64,000 bases of DNA from Acidobacteriota bacterium (GTDB lineage Bacteria; Acidobacteriota; UBA6911). Where the stretch lies: positions 9,099 to 73,098 of the forward strand of contig JBEKIX010000008.1 of the NCBI GenBank assembly GCA_050011535.1. Reading direction: 5' to 3'. Made by a program: the position numbers and the translations under genes. The notes under the pieces are model-generated. The model did not search any database. It was not told the DNA's origin and saw only the letters and a program-made list of their open reading frames with translations. This document shows positions 31,192-41,000 of the stretch, in pieces (position 1 is the first letter of the stretch; each line of letters begins with the position of its first letter).

Positions 31192-33951
31192 TCAGAAAGG
31201 AGGCCCGATGGTCACAAAGAAGTGCCCCCTCTTATAACCTAGAGACTGCAGTTGCTGGGAAAGGTTCAAGTTAATGCCATAATCGAGCCGTATGGGCCCG
31301 AAGGGTGTCTTCAATCTCAGCCCGCCGCCCACGGTGTGGCTGAAATCGGAGTAGTTCAGCGAGCTCACATCCGGATACACGTTGCCGCCGTCATAGAAAA
31401 CCGCAAGTTGGAACCGGCTCACGAGCGGCACGCGCAATTCCAGGTTGCCGATCAACAAGGCATTGCCGCCGATGGGTTCGTTGTTCAGCCCGAGGGGTCC
31501 CGCGGCGTCCACAGCAAATCCCCGCAGGCTCGAACCGCCGCCTGCGAAAAACCTCTCGCTGATGGGAATGGTGGTATCACCTGCGAACCCATGAATCAAT
31601 CCGAAACGGAAAGACGCGGCCATCAGCGTCAACGGAGTCAGTCGCCGGTAGTAGCTATTCTGGGTGAAAAGGGAGAAATAATATCCACTCGCGAATGTGC
31701 TCGTGGGCAGCTTCGTCGTCACACTCAGGTCCGTGGAAGTGAAAAATCCTTTTTCCGGATCCAGGAAGCTATCCCTCGTGTCATTGATGTAATAGGCCGA
31801 GACAGCCGAGAGATTGCGTGGGGTTTCCTCACGAAGGAGATCCGGCGTCACCTGCGACACCTTCACGTTCGTGAAACTGTAGCGCAGCAATCCCCATGTG
31901 TGCTTGCCATAGGGATGACTGTATTGGTATGACAGGTCGAAGCGCCGCAAATCGAAGCTGATCTCCTTGGTCTTGTTTGCCGAAAATGTGAAGAAAGAAT
32001 CGACGGGGAAAAAGCGAATCTGAGGCTGTTGGAAGCTGAGAACCGCGGCCTGCTCGATGGCGCTTCCCCGCAGGCTGAGATCGACGCGTCGTCCCAGACC
32101 GAAGATGTTGGGGTCGCTCAATTCCAGAGTCCCGCGCAATTTCTCCCGCTGCTGGTAGCCGAATCCGTAGCGGACGCTGATCGGTCTGGCCTCCTGCACG
32201 CGTACGACCACATTCTGGTAGGGGGAGCTGCTCTCGGGATTCTGAGCCCCCACCCTCACGAGATCGAACGCGCCCGTGTTGTACAGCGCCTGCTGCGTCT
32301 GGAGCATTTGTCCCAAGCTGAGCGGCTCATTCTGTTTCAAGGCGATGCGCTTCTCGATCACCGAGGAGCGCGTCCGAGCGCGCCCAAGCAGGATGATATT
32401 GTCGATGCGGGTTCTCACTCCTTCCTTAACCTGGAAAACCACCGCATAAGAATGGTCCTGGCCGGCTTCATCGGCTCGCCACGTAACGGTGGGCTGCAGA
32501 AAGCCCGCATCGTTGTATGCCGCCAGAATAACCTGACGGTCGTGCTCGGCGAGATTGGGAGAATAGGGACCGCCCTTCTTCAAGCTCATTCTGGCCAGGA
32601 TCGGCTCAGCAGGCAAGCCTTCGTCTTTCTCAAGCTGCACCGATCGGACCACGGCGCGGGCGCTTTCGGTGCACTCGAACGTCAGCCTCAGCTGCAATCC
32701 GTTCTTCAGCGGCTCGACCAGGGGCACGATCGTCGCATCCAGAAAGCCATCAGACTGGTAGAGTGCCTCCAGGGCTTGCTCGTCAGCGTCGAGCTTTGAG
32801 ACGCTGTATGCCGTTTTTTGAAAAAAGCCCGAGGGCTGCAACTGGATCGCCTTGAGCAGATCCTGGTCCGTAATGGACCGGTTGCCGCGGAACCGGACCT
32901 CGCGAACGATAACCCTGCGACCGCGGTCGATGTTGTATCGGATCAGCCGCGCGCCGGCAGAGTCATGGCTTTCCTGCATCGCGATCTCCGCTTCAGGGTA
33001 GCCGAGATCCTCCATATAGTCCCTCAGGTTTGCCAATCCTTCCTGCAGCAATTCGGGCCGCAATCCCTCTCCCGACAGAGCCGGGATCAGGCGGCGCAGC
33101 TGATCCTTGGGAAGCTTGAATCCCGCAACCGCGATGCGCGCCTGCCCGAAGTTGGCGATCGAAAGCGCGAGAGCGACCGAATTGTCGCCGGGTTCGTAAG
33201 ATTCCACGAGCTGCGGCTCGGCCTCGAGATAACCGCGGCTTACGAGATCATTCTTCAAGGCATCCAATCGCTTGCGAAAACGATCGCGAGCGAACTTCTG
33301 CGTGACCTTGATCTTCAGCTGACGCTGGATCGCGGCAGCTTCCTGAGGTGGCACCCCAGTGACGTCCAGGGAGCGGATCGTGGCCAGCTGTCCAGGGTGA
33401 ACTGTGAACGTGGTATCGATCTGGCGACTCAGTGCGTTTCGGACGATGTGCGCACTCACATCCGCCTGGTAGTATCCTCTCTCGCGCATGTACTTGAGCA
33501 CTGCTTGCCTGGCATCCTCCAGCCTTTGCGCCGAAAAGCGTTCCCCGACCGGAAGCGCCATCGCCTCGGCCGGGGAGTGGCCTGCCAAATCCACGCTGCG
33601 CGGAAGGATAAACCGGTCGAAATAGGCACCGAGCGTCAGGCGGAAGCGCAACTGCAGCCCATCGCCCTCCGGTGAGGCCTCCGCCGCGATGTTCGAGAAA
33701 TTTCCCGTGTCATAGAGAGCCTGGATTGCCGCCTTTAAGCCGGTGCGTGTCAGAGTGTCGCCGGGCTTCAATCCGATGCAGTGATCGTAGTGAGATCGCT
33801 CCAGAGGCCCGTCTGCCGCATATTCGATAGCGCGGATCACCTTGCCAAACCAATCAGCGTCCGGAGAGAGATCCTCGGAAGATGCCCGGCGGGCAGTCGC
33901 GAGAAGCACGGCAAAAATGGTGGCACAAATGAAGAGTCTGGAAGCGCTCAT
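31192..33951 (-). CDS. Omp85 family outer membrane protein (TamA/BamA-like) with multiple POTRA domains
   Basis: POTRA repeats; ERFFAGGGSSLRGF loop-6 motif; TPFGPIRLDYG; C-terminal Phe; ATG 33951 overlaps the ychF stop. Confidence 0.9.
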   Translation of the reverse strand: MSASRLFICATIFAVLLATARRASSEDLSPDADWFGKVIRAIEYAADGPLERSHYDHCIGLKPGDTLTRTGLKAAIQALYDTGNFSNIAAEASPEGDGLQLRFRLTLGAYFDRFILPRSVDLAGHSPAEAMALPVGERFSAQRLEDARQAVLKYMRERGYYQADVSAHIVRNALSRQIDTTFTVHPGQLATIRSLDVTGVPPQEAAAIQRQLKIKVTQKFARDRFRKRLDALKNDLVSRGYLEAEPQLVESYEPGDNSVALALSIANFGQARIAVAGFKLPKDQLRRLIPALSGEGLRPELLQEGLANLRDYMEDLGYPEAEIAMQESHDSAGARLIRYNIDRGRRVIVREVRFRGNRSITDQDLLKAIQLQPSGFFQKTAYSVSKLDADEQALEALYQSDGFLDATIVPLVEPLKNGLQLRLTFECTESARAVVRSVQLEKDEGLPAEPILARMSLKKGGPYSPNLAEHDRQVILAAYNDAGFLQPTVTWRADEAGQDHSYAVVFQVKEGVRTRIDNIILLGRARTRSSVIEKRIALKQNEPLSLGQMLQTQQALYNTGAFDLVRVGAQNPESSSPYQNVVVRVQEARPISVRYGFGYQQREKLRGTLELSDPNIFGLGRRVDLSLRGSAIEQAAVLSFQQPQIRFFPVDSFFTFSANKTKEISFDLRRFDLSYQYSHPYGKHTWGLLRYSFTNVKVSQVTPDLLREETPRNLSAVSAYYINDTRDSFLDPEKGFFTSTDLSVTTKLPTSTFASGYYFSLFTQNSYYRRLTPLTLMAASFRFGLIHGFAGDTTIPISERFFAGGGSSLRGFAVDAAGPLGLNNEPIGGNALLIGNLELRVPLVSRFQLAVFYDGGNVYPDVSSLNYSDFSHTVGGGLRLKTPFGPIRLDYGINLNLSQQLQSLGYKRGHFFVTIGPPF

Positions 33952-35051
33952 ACGTTGAACCGGAAGAGGATCACGTCTCCTTCCTGGACGAGGTATTCTT
34001 TTCCCTCCAGGCGTAGAACGCCCTTGTTCCGCGCCGCCTGAAAAGATTCCCATTGGATCATGTCGTCATAGGAAACCACTTCTGCCTTGATGAAGCCGCG
34101 CTCGAAGTCGCTGTGAATAACGCCTGCCGCCTGCTGGGCCGTAGTGTCTCTGTATATCGTCCATGCACGCACTTCAGGATCGCCGGCAGTATAAAAAGAG
34201 ATCAACCCAAGCAGGGCATACGATTTTTGAATGATGCGGTCCAACCCGCTCGCCGCCAGCCCGAGATCTTCCCTGAATAGATGAGCGTCCTCTTCCGGCA
34301 GATTGGCGATCTCCGCTTCAATCTTGCCGCACACAGCCGTGATGCCGATGCCCGCCTGCGCCGCCAACGACTCCAGCCCAAACTCCCGAGCCACATGGGG
34401 AATCTTGGAAACATCCCTGTCGCTCAGGTTCAAAACCAGAAGAAGAGGTTTTGCGGATAGAAATGTGAACCCCTTCACCCGCTTCTGCTCTTCCTCAGTC
34501 AGGATCAGATTGCGCAACGGCTGTTCCTGTTCCAAGGCGGCCTTGTAACGCAAAAGCACCGCATCTTCCAGCTCGAGCTCGAGGGTTTTGGCCTTTTTCA
34601 GATCCTTGGACAGGCGCTCGAGCCGCTTCTCAATGATGGCGAGGTCGGAAAATATCATCTCGAGTTCGAACAGACCAATATCGCGCAAAGGATCGACGCT
34701 TCCTTCGGAGTGGGGGATGTTCTCGTCTTCGAACGAGCGCACAACGTGGACGAGCGCATCTACATTTTTGAGGCTGTTCAGGTAAGCGCTCATCTCTCTT
34801 GATTCTATGGATTTGCCTTCTCCGCGCGCGAGGCCGGGCAGGTCGACATACTCCACCGAGGCATACGTGATCTTTTTGGGATGAAAAATTGCGGCCAGCC
34901 GATCCAGTTTTGGATCCGGCACTTGGGCAATTCCGATGTGGGCTTCGCCCCGGCCGCCTCCCCAGGAGGAAGTGTCCACATGACCATAAGTCAATAGATT
35001 AAAAATTGTACTCTTTCCGACTAAGGGCAGCCCGACGATCCCTACTTTCAC
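33948..35051 (-). CDS. ychF: Redox-regulated ATPase YchF
   Basis: GIVGLPLVGKST, DLPGL, AAGVIHSDFERGFIKAEV, EGKEYLVQEGDVILFRFNV; GTG 35051. Confidence 0.97.
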   Translation of the reverse strand: MKVGIVGLPLVGKSTIFNLLTYGHVDTSSWGGGRGEAHIGIAQVPDPKLDRLAAIFHPKKITYASVEYVDLPGLARGEGKSIESREMSAYLNSLKNVDALVHVVRSFEDENIPHSEGSVDPLRDIGLFELEMIFSDLAIIEKRLERLSKDLKKAKTLELELEDAVLLRYKAALEQEQPLRNLILTEEEQKRVKGFTFLSAKPLLLVLNLSDRDVSKIPHVAREFGLESLAAQAGIGITAVCGKIEAEIANLPEEDAHLFREDLGLAASGLDRIIQKSYALLGLISFYTAGDPEVRAWTIYRDTTAQQAAGVIHSDFERGFIKAEVVSYDDMIQWESFQAARNKGVLRLEGKEYLVQEGDVILFRFNV

Positions 35052-35237
35052 TCGATTCCCTCCCGTGGAAGCGGGGAATAATGTTAGCATGAAAGCACTT
35101 TCCTGACATGCTGAGAAATCCCGAGCCAAATCATCAAAAACTTGGCCGGTGGCCAATAACTTGCTTGAATCTTCATTAAATCTTCCATAGAATCCGCCCA
35201 GATTCCTCACGAAAGTTCAAATAATTTAAAAACTTAC

Positions 35238-35267
35238 TTGACATAGCAAAAGGGACGGCTCTATTCT
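35238..35267 (+). promoter_or_regulatory. Sigma70 promoter of the dcw cluster
   Basis: TTGACA-N18-TATTCT upstream of the MraZ repeats. Confidence 0.65.
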
Positions 35268-35273
35268 CTGTTT

Positions 35274-35307
35274 GTGGTCAAAAGTGGTCAAAAGTGGTGG
35301 TTAGGGG
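35274..35307 (+). promoter_or_regulatory. MraZ-binding direct repeats
   Basis: GTGGTCAAAA-GTGGTCAAAA-GTGGTGGTTA-GGGG, a 10-bp-period GTGG array upstream of mraZ as in characterised MraZ boxes. Confidence 0.85.
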
Positions 35308-35379
35308 TCGTTAAGAACCAGTTTTCCCGGTATGAAGTCGTTCCTTGAGATAACTCAGCACTAGAGTGGTTAAGGGCCC

Positions 35380-35820
35380 ATGCTCTGGGGAAGCCATCCC
35401 GCTAGAATCGATGAGAAATTCCGCCTGAAGATACCGGCGAAGTTTCGCCGCGACCTGCCTGAGACGGAAGACAATATTTACTTTGTCACGAGCGACAACG
35501 GCAAATGCGCCCAGATCTATCCGATTCCAACCTGGGAGCAAATCTCTGAGAAGCTGCATGCTCCCCCACGCTACTCCAAAGCCAAGCAGAAGCTCCTCAG
35601 GAATACCAGTTACTACGGCATGTTGGCGCCCATGGATCTGCAAGGAAGGATCCTCATACCGCAGACTCTGAGGGAGGATGCGCAGCTCTCAGGGGAGGTT
35701 GTCGTGATGGGGAAGCATGACCACCTGGAAGTTTGGAACAACGAGATGGTCCGTCGAAGCATGCAGGAAGAGCCTCTGACCGACGAAGATCGCGATGAGC
35801 TGGCAGCGCAGGGAGTTTGA
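35380..35820 (+). CDS. mraZ: Transcriptional regulator MraZ
   Basis: IDEKFRLKIPAKFR, DLQGRILIP, DHLEVWN. Confidence 0.96.
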   Translation: MLWGSHPARIDEKFRLKIPAKFRRDLPETEDNIYFVTSDNGKCAQIYPIPTWEQISEKLHAPPRYSKAKQKLLRNTSYYGMLAPMDLQGRILIPQTLREDAQLSGEVVVMGKHDHLEVWNNEMVRRSMQEEPLTDEDRDELAAQGV

Positions 35821-35839
35821 TTCTAGAGGGTAGTGACTC

Positions 35840-36823
35840 ATGGTAAGAGCCATTTCGCAGGTCGGCATGACATACAATCCGTCCAACAGCTTCGCACACG
35901 AGCATGTGCCGGTGATGCGCGAGGAAGTACTTGACCTGCTCCAGTGCGGGCCCGGAGGAGTATTTGTCGACGCAACCCTGGGCCCGGGCGGGCATGCCTG
36001 GGCCATCCTCGAGCGCATACAGCCCGGAGGATTGCTGATCGGGCTGGATCGTGACGGAGAATCGCTAGAGAGGGCCCGACAGCACCTGCAGCCTTTCTCG
36101 GACTGTTCCCGCCTGCTGCACGAGAATTTCAAGAATCTCCCGCTGGTTCTCAACAACCTGGGGATCGAGCCGATCGACGGCATCCTGGTGGACCTCGGGG
36201 TCTCTTCCTACCAGCTCATGCACCCGGAGCGGGGATTCAGTTTTCAGAGCGACGACATGCTGGACATGCGCATGGATCGGACGCAACGTCTGACGGCTGC
36301 TGACCTGGTCAACGATCTGTCGGCAGAGCAGCTCGCCGACGTGATCTATCGCTACGGTGAGGAGCGCTGTTCCCGCCGCATCGCCGCGGCCATAGTCGCC
36401 GCGCGCGAGCGGGCACGAATAACTCGCTGTTCGCAACTCGCCTCGATCGTCAGGCACGCGATGGGAAACAGGGGGCCGCGCACGATTAACCCCGCCACAA
36501 GGACTTTTCAGGCACTGCGCATTGCGGTCAACCAGGAGTTGGACGGCCTGGAGGAATTCCTTATCAACGCCCTTTCGTTCATTCGGCCGGGGGGCAGGCT
36601 GGCGGTTCTTTCGTTTCACTCTCTGGAAGACCGCATCGTGAAGCGATCCTTCCGCATGATGTCGGGCTACTGCGTATGCGAGCGTCCGGCTGAATTGTGT
36701 ACCTGCCCGCGCCAGGCGCGCGCCCGATTGGTTCCACCCCGTCCATGGACGCCCAGCGATGCCGAGCTGGCCACAAATCCACGCGCACGAAGCGCGAAGC
36801 TGAGAGGGCTGGAGCGGATTTAG
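35840..36823 (+). CDS. rsmH: 16S rRNA m4C1402 methyltransferase
   Basis: HVPVM, DATLGPGGH, DLGVSSYQ, FHSLEDR, NPRARSAKLR. Confidence 0.98.
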   Translation: MVRAISQVGMTYNPSNSFAHEHVPVMREEVLDLLQCGPGGVFVDATLGPGGHAWAILERIQPGGLLIGLDRDGESLERARQHLQPFSDCSRLLHENFKNLPLVLNNLGIEPIDGILVDLGVSSYQLMHPERGFSFQSDDMLDMRMDRTQRLTAADLVNDLSAEQLADVIYRYGEERCSRRIAAAIVAARERARITRCSQLASIVRHAMGNRGPRTINPATRTFQALRIAVNQELDGLEEFLINALSFIRPGGRLAVLSFHSLEDRIVKRSFRMMSGYCVCERPAELCTCPRQARARLVPPRPWTPSDAELATNPRARSAKLRGLERI

Positions 36824-36873
36824 ACATTCGGTTTTTCCGAGACGATCGCCTCATTTTCGAGGGAGCTGAGACT

Positions 36874-37311
36874 ATGATGACGGATTGGTCGGCGGACGTG
36901 GAAACGCGGAATTACCGCATTCTCCACAGCACAGATGCACGCAACCTGCGGGATCTCCTTGCCTGTGTGCTCTGCTTCCTCCTGATTGCGAGTTCCCTCT
37001 TCGGATACCTGTGGATCAGGAGCCGCATCGTGAGCTTGGGATATTCCCTTCAGCAGTCCAAGGACATGGAAGAATCCCTGGTCCGCGTCCAGAACAGCCT
37101 GATTCTGGAGGAGGAGACGCTCAAGTGCCCCGAGCGCATTGACTTCATTGCGCGGAACGATCTGGCTATGGAGCCGCTGGGACCTTACCAGAGAGTGGTG
37201 CTGAGATTTCGTGAGATCGGAGCGGATTCTCCAGCCGGCCTGGTACTGGCCAATATCGGGCGCACGGATACCCAGCTGAGGAGACCCGCCGCGCACAATT
37301 CCAACAATTGA
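36874..37311 (+). CDS. ftsL: Cell division protein FtsL-like
   Basis: TM helix plus leucine-zipper coil and PERIDFIARNDLAM; lies between rsmH and ftsI. Confidence 0.8.
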   Translation: MMTDWSADVETRNYRILHSTDARNLRDLLACVLCFLLIASSLFGYLWIRSRIVSLGYSLQQSKDMEESLVRVQNSLILEEETLKCPERIDFIARNDLAMEPLGPYQRVVLRFREIGADSPAGLVLANIGRTDTQLRRPAAHNSNN

Positions 37312-37313
37312 CG

Positions 37314-39419
37314 ATGACCGAACAATGGAAGCGGTCCAATCCGGTAAGAGTCACCCTCGTGATTGGCGGAATCTTCCTGTGGAGCGGCATCATCATCGGA
37401 CGCCTGGCACAACTCCAAATACTTCGCCATGATGCGTTTGTACAGCTGGCGATGGAACGCCAGCAAATGACACGGGCCATTCTCCCACCTCGCGGCGTGA
37501 TCTATGACGCTCACATGGATGAGCTGGCCACGAGTGTCACGGTGAGCACCGTGGCCGCAAATCCCCGCACGATCACGGATAAAGCCGGCGCCGCGCAGAG
37601 TCTTGCCTCCATACTGAACCTTGACCCGAAGGAATTGGCCGCGCACATGAACAATTCAGCGCGCCAGTCTTTCATATTCGTGAAACACAGGATCGATCCC
37701 AAGGACGAAGCGCGTGTCGCGGCCCTTGGAATCGATGGCGTGTATCTGATGGAAGAGAGCATGCGTGTTTACCCGAACCGCGAACTCGCGAGCCAGACAC
37801 TCGGCTTCGTTAACATGAACGGTGAAGGCGGTGCGGGAATCGAGATGCAATACGACCGGCTTCTCAAAGGGACGCCGGGGCAGATCTCATTCGACGTGGA
37901 TGCGCACCGCCGTTCCTTCCGCGGCCAGGTGGAAAAGCCGCCTGTCCAAGGACACTCTCTGGTGCTGAGCATCGACCGATCGATTCAGTACATCGCGGAG
38001 CGAGAGCTTTCCGCCGGGGTCATCGATGCCGGAGCCGCTCATGGCGTGGCGATCGTGATGGAGTCTGATACCGGCAAGATTCTGGCGCTCGCGGGTTTCC
38101 CGAATTTCAACTGCAATACCTATAATGAATCAGCGCCCGAACTCTGGCGCGACCGCGCGATTTCGGATTTCATCGAACCTGGTTCGACGTTCAAGGTGGT
38201 GGTAGCGACTGCTGCCCTGGAAGCCGGGTTGACGCGGCCGGACGAACCAATCGATTGCCAGATGGGTTCCATGCTGGTCGGCAGGCACGTCTTCCATGAT
38301 CACAAGCCCTACGGCGTCCTGACCTTCGACGAAATTCTCGAATATTCCTCCAACATCGGCGCCGCTAAACTCGGACTCCGTCTGGGCGAGAAACGGCTGT
38401 ACGAGGCCCTTCGGACCTTCGGTTTCGGCACAAAAACCGGTATCGATCTGCCGGGTGAGATTGTGGGCCTGGTGAGGGACCCGCAACAATGGTCGGGCCT
38501 TTCTGTAGCGGCGATCTCGTTTGGCCAGGAGGTGGGCGTTACCTCCATGCAGATTCTGACTGCCATCAACGCAATCGCCAACGGAGGCATCCGGGTACGT
38601 CCTTCCGTCGTGGACCGCATCATCGATCAAAACGGAAACCTGGTAAAAATAAACGAGCCTGAGGGAACGCGCATCATGCGGCCTGAGACTGCCGCTGCGG
38701 TGCGCGATGCCTTCGAGGGCGTGGTCCTGCGTGGAACAGGCAAGCAGGCGGCGCTGGAGGGTTACCGGGCCGCCGGGAAAACCGGTACCGCCCAGAAAAT
38801 CGTCGGCGGTCATTATTCCAATTCCAAGTACGTGGCATCCTTCATTGGCTTTGCGCCCTTGCCTCGACCGCGCATCGCCGTGCTCGTGCAGATAGACGAA
38901 CCCAAGGGGGCCATTTACGGCGGCGACGTCTCCGCCCCCGTCTTCCGCAAGATCACACAGGAGGCGCTGCTTCAACTTCACATTCCTCCGGACCCCACGC
39001 TGCCGCTGAAGATTCAGAAGATCGACTCCAGGATGGCTGCCGATTCGGCGGATTTTCTCCCTAACGCCACGCCGATCCTTCCTCTCATGGCTCCTCCGGA
39101 AAAACACGAAGGCGTAAATCCGGACGGCACGATTACCGTTCGCGCGGAATCGTTCAGCGTTACGGTCCCGGACTTTTCCGGCATGTCGAAGCGTAGCGTG
39201 GCCCTTCTGTGCAAAGATTTAGGAATCAGGATTCAGACCTCTGGAGCCGGCATCGCAGTCTTCCAACTTCCACCAGCGGGAACGCGGATTGCGGGGGGGG
39301 ATTCGTGCGCCGTAACCTTCGCGCGCAGCAAACCGGCCACGATACCGAAACTCACCCCCGCCCCGCACCTTCCCGTCGCTGGCCCTGAACTGAGTGCACG
39401 AGCGCGGGGCAAACGCTGA
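37314..39419 (+). CDS. ftsI: Class B penicillin-binding protein FtsI with C-terminal PASTA-like domain
   Basis: EPGSTFK (SxxK), SSN, KTGTAQ; VPDFSGMS PASTA start. Confidence 0.95.
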   Translation: MTEQWKRSNPVRVTLVIGGIFLWSGIIIGRLAQLQILRHDAFVQLAMERQQMTRAILPPRGVIYDAHMDELATSVTVSTVAANPRTITDKAGAAQSLASILNLDPKELAAHMNNSARQSFIFVKHRIDPKDEARVAALGIDGVYLMEESMRVYPNRELASQTLGFVNMNGEGGAGIEMQYDRLLKGTPGQISFDVDAHRRSFRGQVEKPPVQGHSLVLSIDRSIQYIAERELSAGVIDAGAAHGVAIVMESDTGKILALAGFPNFNCNTYNESAPELWRDRAISDFIEPGSTFKVVVATAALEAGLTRPDEPIDCQMGSMLVGRHVFHDHKPYGVLTFDEILEYSSNIGAAKLGLRLGEKRLYEALRTFGFGTKTGIDLPGEIVGLVRDPQQWSGLSVAAISFGQEVGVTSMQILTAINAIANGGIRVRPSVVDRIIDQNGNLVKINEPEGTRIMRPETAAAVRDAFEGVVLRGTGKQAALEGYRAAGKTGTAQKIVGGHYSNSKYVASFIGFAPLPRPRIAVLVQIDEPKGAIYGGDVSAPVFRKITQEALLQLHIPPDPTLPLKIQKIDSRMAADSADFLPNATPILPLMAPPEKHEGVNPDGTITVRAESFSVTVPDFSGMSKRSVALLCKDLGIRIQTSGAGIAVFQLPPAGTRIAGGDSCAVTFARSKPATIPKLTPAPHLPVAGPELSARARGKR

Positions 39420-39430
39420 GGCACCATGCC

Positions 39431-40933
39431 ATGCTGCTGCAGGAATTGATACGCCGGATTCCAGGGCTTGCCATCGAGGTCGATCCTCAGGTGCGGATCC
39501 GTGGCATATCCTACGATTCACGCCGGGTAGCCGCGGGCGACCTGTTCATTGCCATCAAAGGAGAAAAGACGGACGGGGCACTGTATGTCCAGGAGGCGGT
39601 GGCTAGGGGAGCAGTCGCCGTGGCCGTCGATCGCGACGTCGCCCTAGGACCTGCGTTCCCTGTCCTCGTGGTGCCGGACGCTCGAAAGTTTCTCGCGGAG
39701 GCCTCCTGCGCTCTTTTTTCGGACCCAGCCTCCCGCTTCCAGCTCGTCGGGATCACAGGAACCAACGGCAAGACCACCACTTCCTATCTCGTGGATGCGA
39801 TCTTCCGGCGGGCTGGTTTGCGATCCTGTGCGATCGGCACGATTGAGATGAGAATCGGCGATCAGCTGTTTCCAAGCACGCACACGACCCCTGAAGCCAG
39901 CGACCTGACTGCATTTCTCGATCAGGCGCTGCGTGCCGGATGCACGCATGGGACCCTGGAAGTATCATCTCACGCCCTGATTCTCAAGCGGGTCTACGGC
40001 GTCCATTTCTCGGTTGGAGTGTTCTGCAATCTGACACCGGAGCACCTCGACTTTCATCATGACATGGAGTCATATTACCAGGCCAAGCGCATCCTGTTCA
40101 CTGAAGAGGGCGCCAACAGCGTCCGGTTCGCGGTGATCAATGCAGACGACACATATGGGCAGCGCCTTATGTCGGAGGTGCTGATCACCACTGTGAGTTA
40201 TGGGTTCGCCACAAATGCCGATGTCCGCGTTCTCGATTCCCGATTGCGGATGGACGGCACTTCCCTTCATCTTGCGACCGCTTATGGCGAGTTGCACATC
40301 GAGACTCGCCTCGTCGGTCGTACGAACATCTACAACATAATGGCTGCCGTCGGAGCAACCCTTAGCCTGGGCATCAGCCTGCAGCACGTCCGCGAAGGAA
40401 TCGAATCGCTCAGCGGCGTCCCCGGACGGCTGGAACTTGTTCGTTGCGGCCAGGATTTTACGGTAATTGTCGATTATGCCCATACGCCGGATGCCCTGGA
40501 GAAACTTCTCTTGACGGTCCGGCAATTGACGGATGGCCGCATGATCACCGTCTTCGGTTGCGGCGGAGACCGGGATCGCAAGAAGCGCCCCATGATGGGC
40601 GTGATCGCGACCAGACTGAGCGATTTCGTCGTCGCCACCTCCGACAATCCTCGCAGTGAAGACCCCCTGAGGATTCTGGCGGAGATCGAGCCCGGGCTTA
40701 AGCAAGGCCGCGCTCCCTATCGCCTTCTGCCTGACCGGCGGGAGGCCATCCGCACCGCGTTGGCCATGGCGCGCAAAGACGACGTTGTACTCCTTGCAGG
40801 CAAGGGACACGAAAATCACCAATGGATCGGTACGCAATCCTTCTCTTTCGACGATCGAGTAGTGGCTCAAGAGCTCATTCACGAACTGCGAAACGCACAA
40901 GGAGACCGAGACTGTGGCGAGTTACATCAATAA
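39431..40933 (+). CDS. murE: UDP-MurNAc-Ala-Glu:meso-DAP ligase
   Basis: GTNGKTT, DYAHTPD, SDNPRSE (DNPR indicates meso-DAP), AGKGHE. Confidence 0.97.
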   Translation: MLLQELIRRIPGLAIEVDPQVRIRGISYDSRRVAAGDLFIAIKGEKTDGALYVQEAVARGAVAVAVDRDVALGPAFPVLVVPDARKFLAEASCALFSDPASRFQLVGITGTNGKTTTSYLVDAIFRRAGLRSCAIGTIEMRIGDQLFPSTHTTPEASDLTAFLDQALRAGCTHGTLEVSSHALILKRVYGVHFSVGVFCNLTPEHLDFHHDMESYYQAKRILFTEEGANSVRFAVINADDTYGQRLMSEVLITTVSYGFATNADVRVLDSRLRMDGTSLHLATAYGELHIETRLVGRTNIYNIMAAVGATLSLGISLQHVREGIESLSGVPGRLELVRCGQDFTVIVDYAHTPDALEKLLLTVRQLTDGRMITVFGCGGDRDRKKRPMMGVIATRLSDFVVATSDNPRSEDPLRILAEIEPGLKQGRAPYRLLPDRREAIRTALAMARKDDVVLLAGKGHENHQWIGTQSFSFDDRVVAQELIHELRNAQGDRDCGELHQ

Positions 40934-41000
40934 CCCGACGGTACACGACCGGAAATATGGCGGCATGCGGTCTGCAATGGACATTTTGATGGATCTGGTT

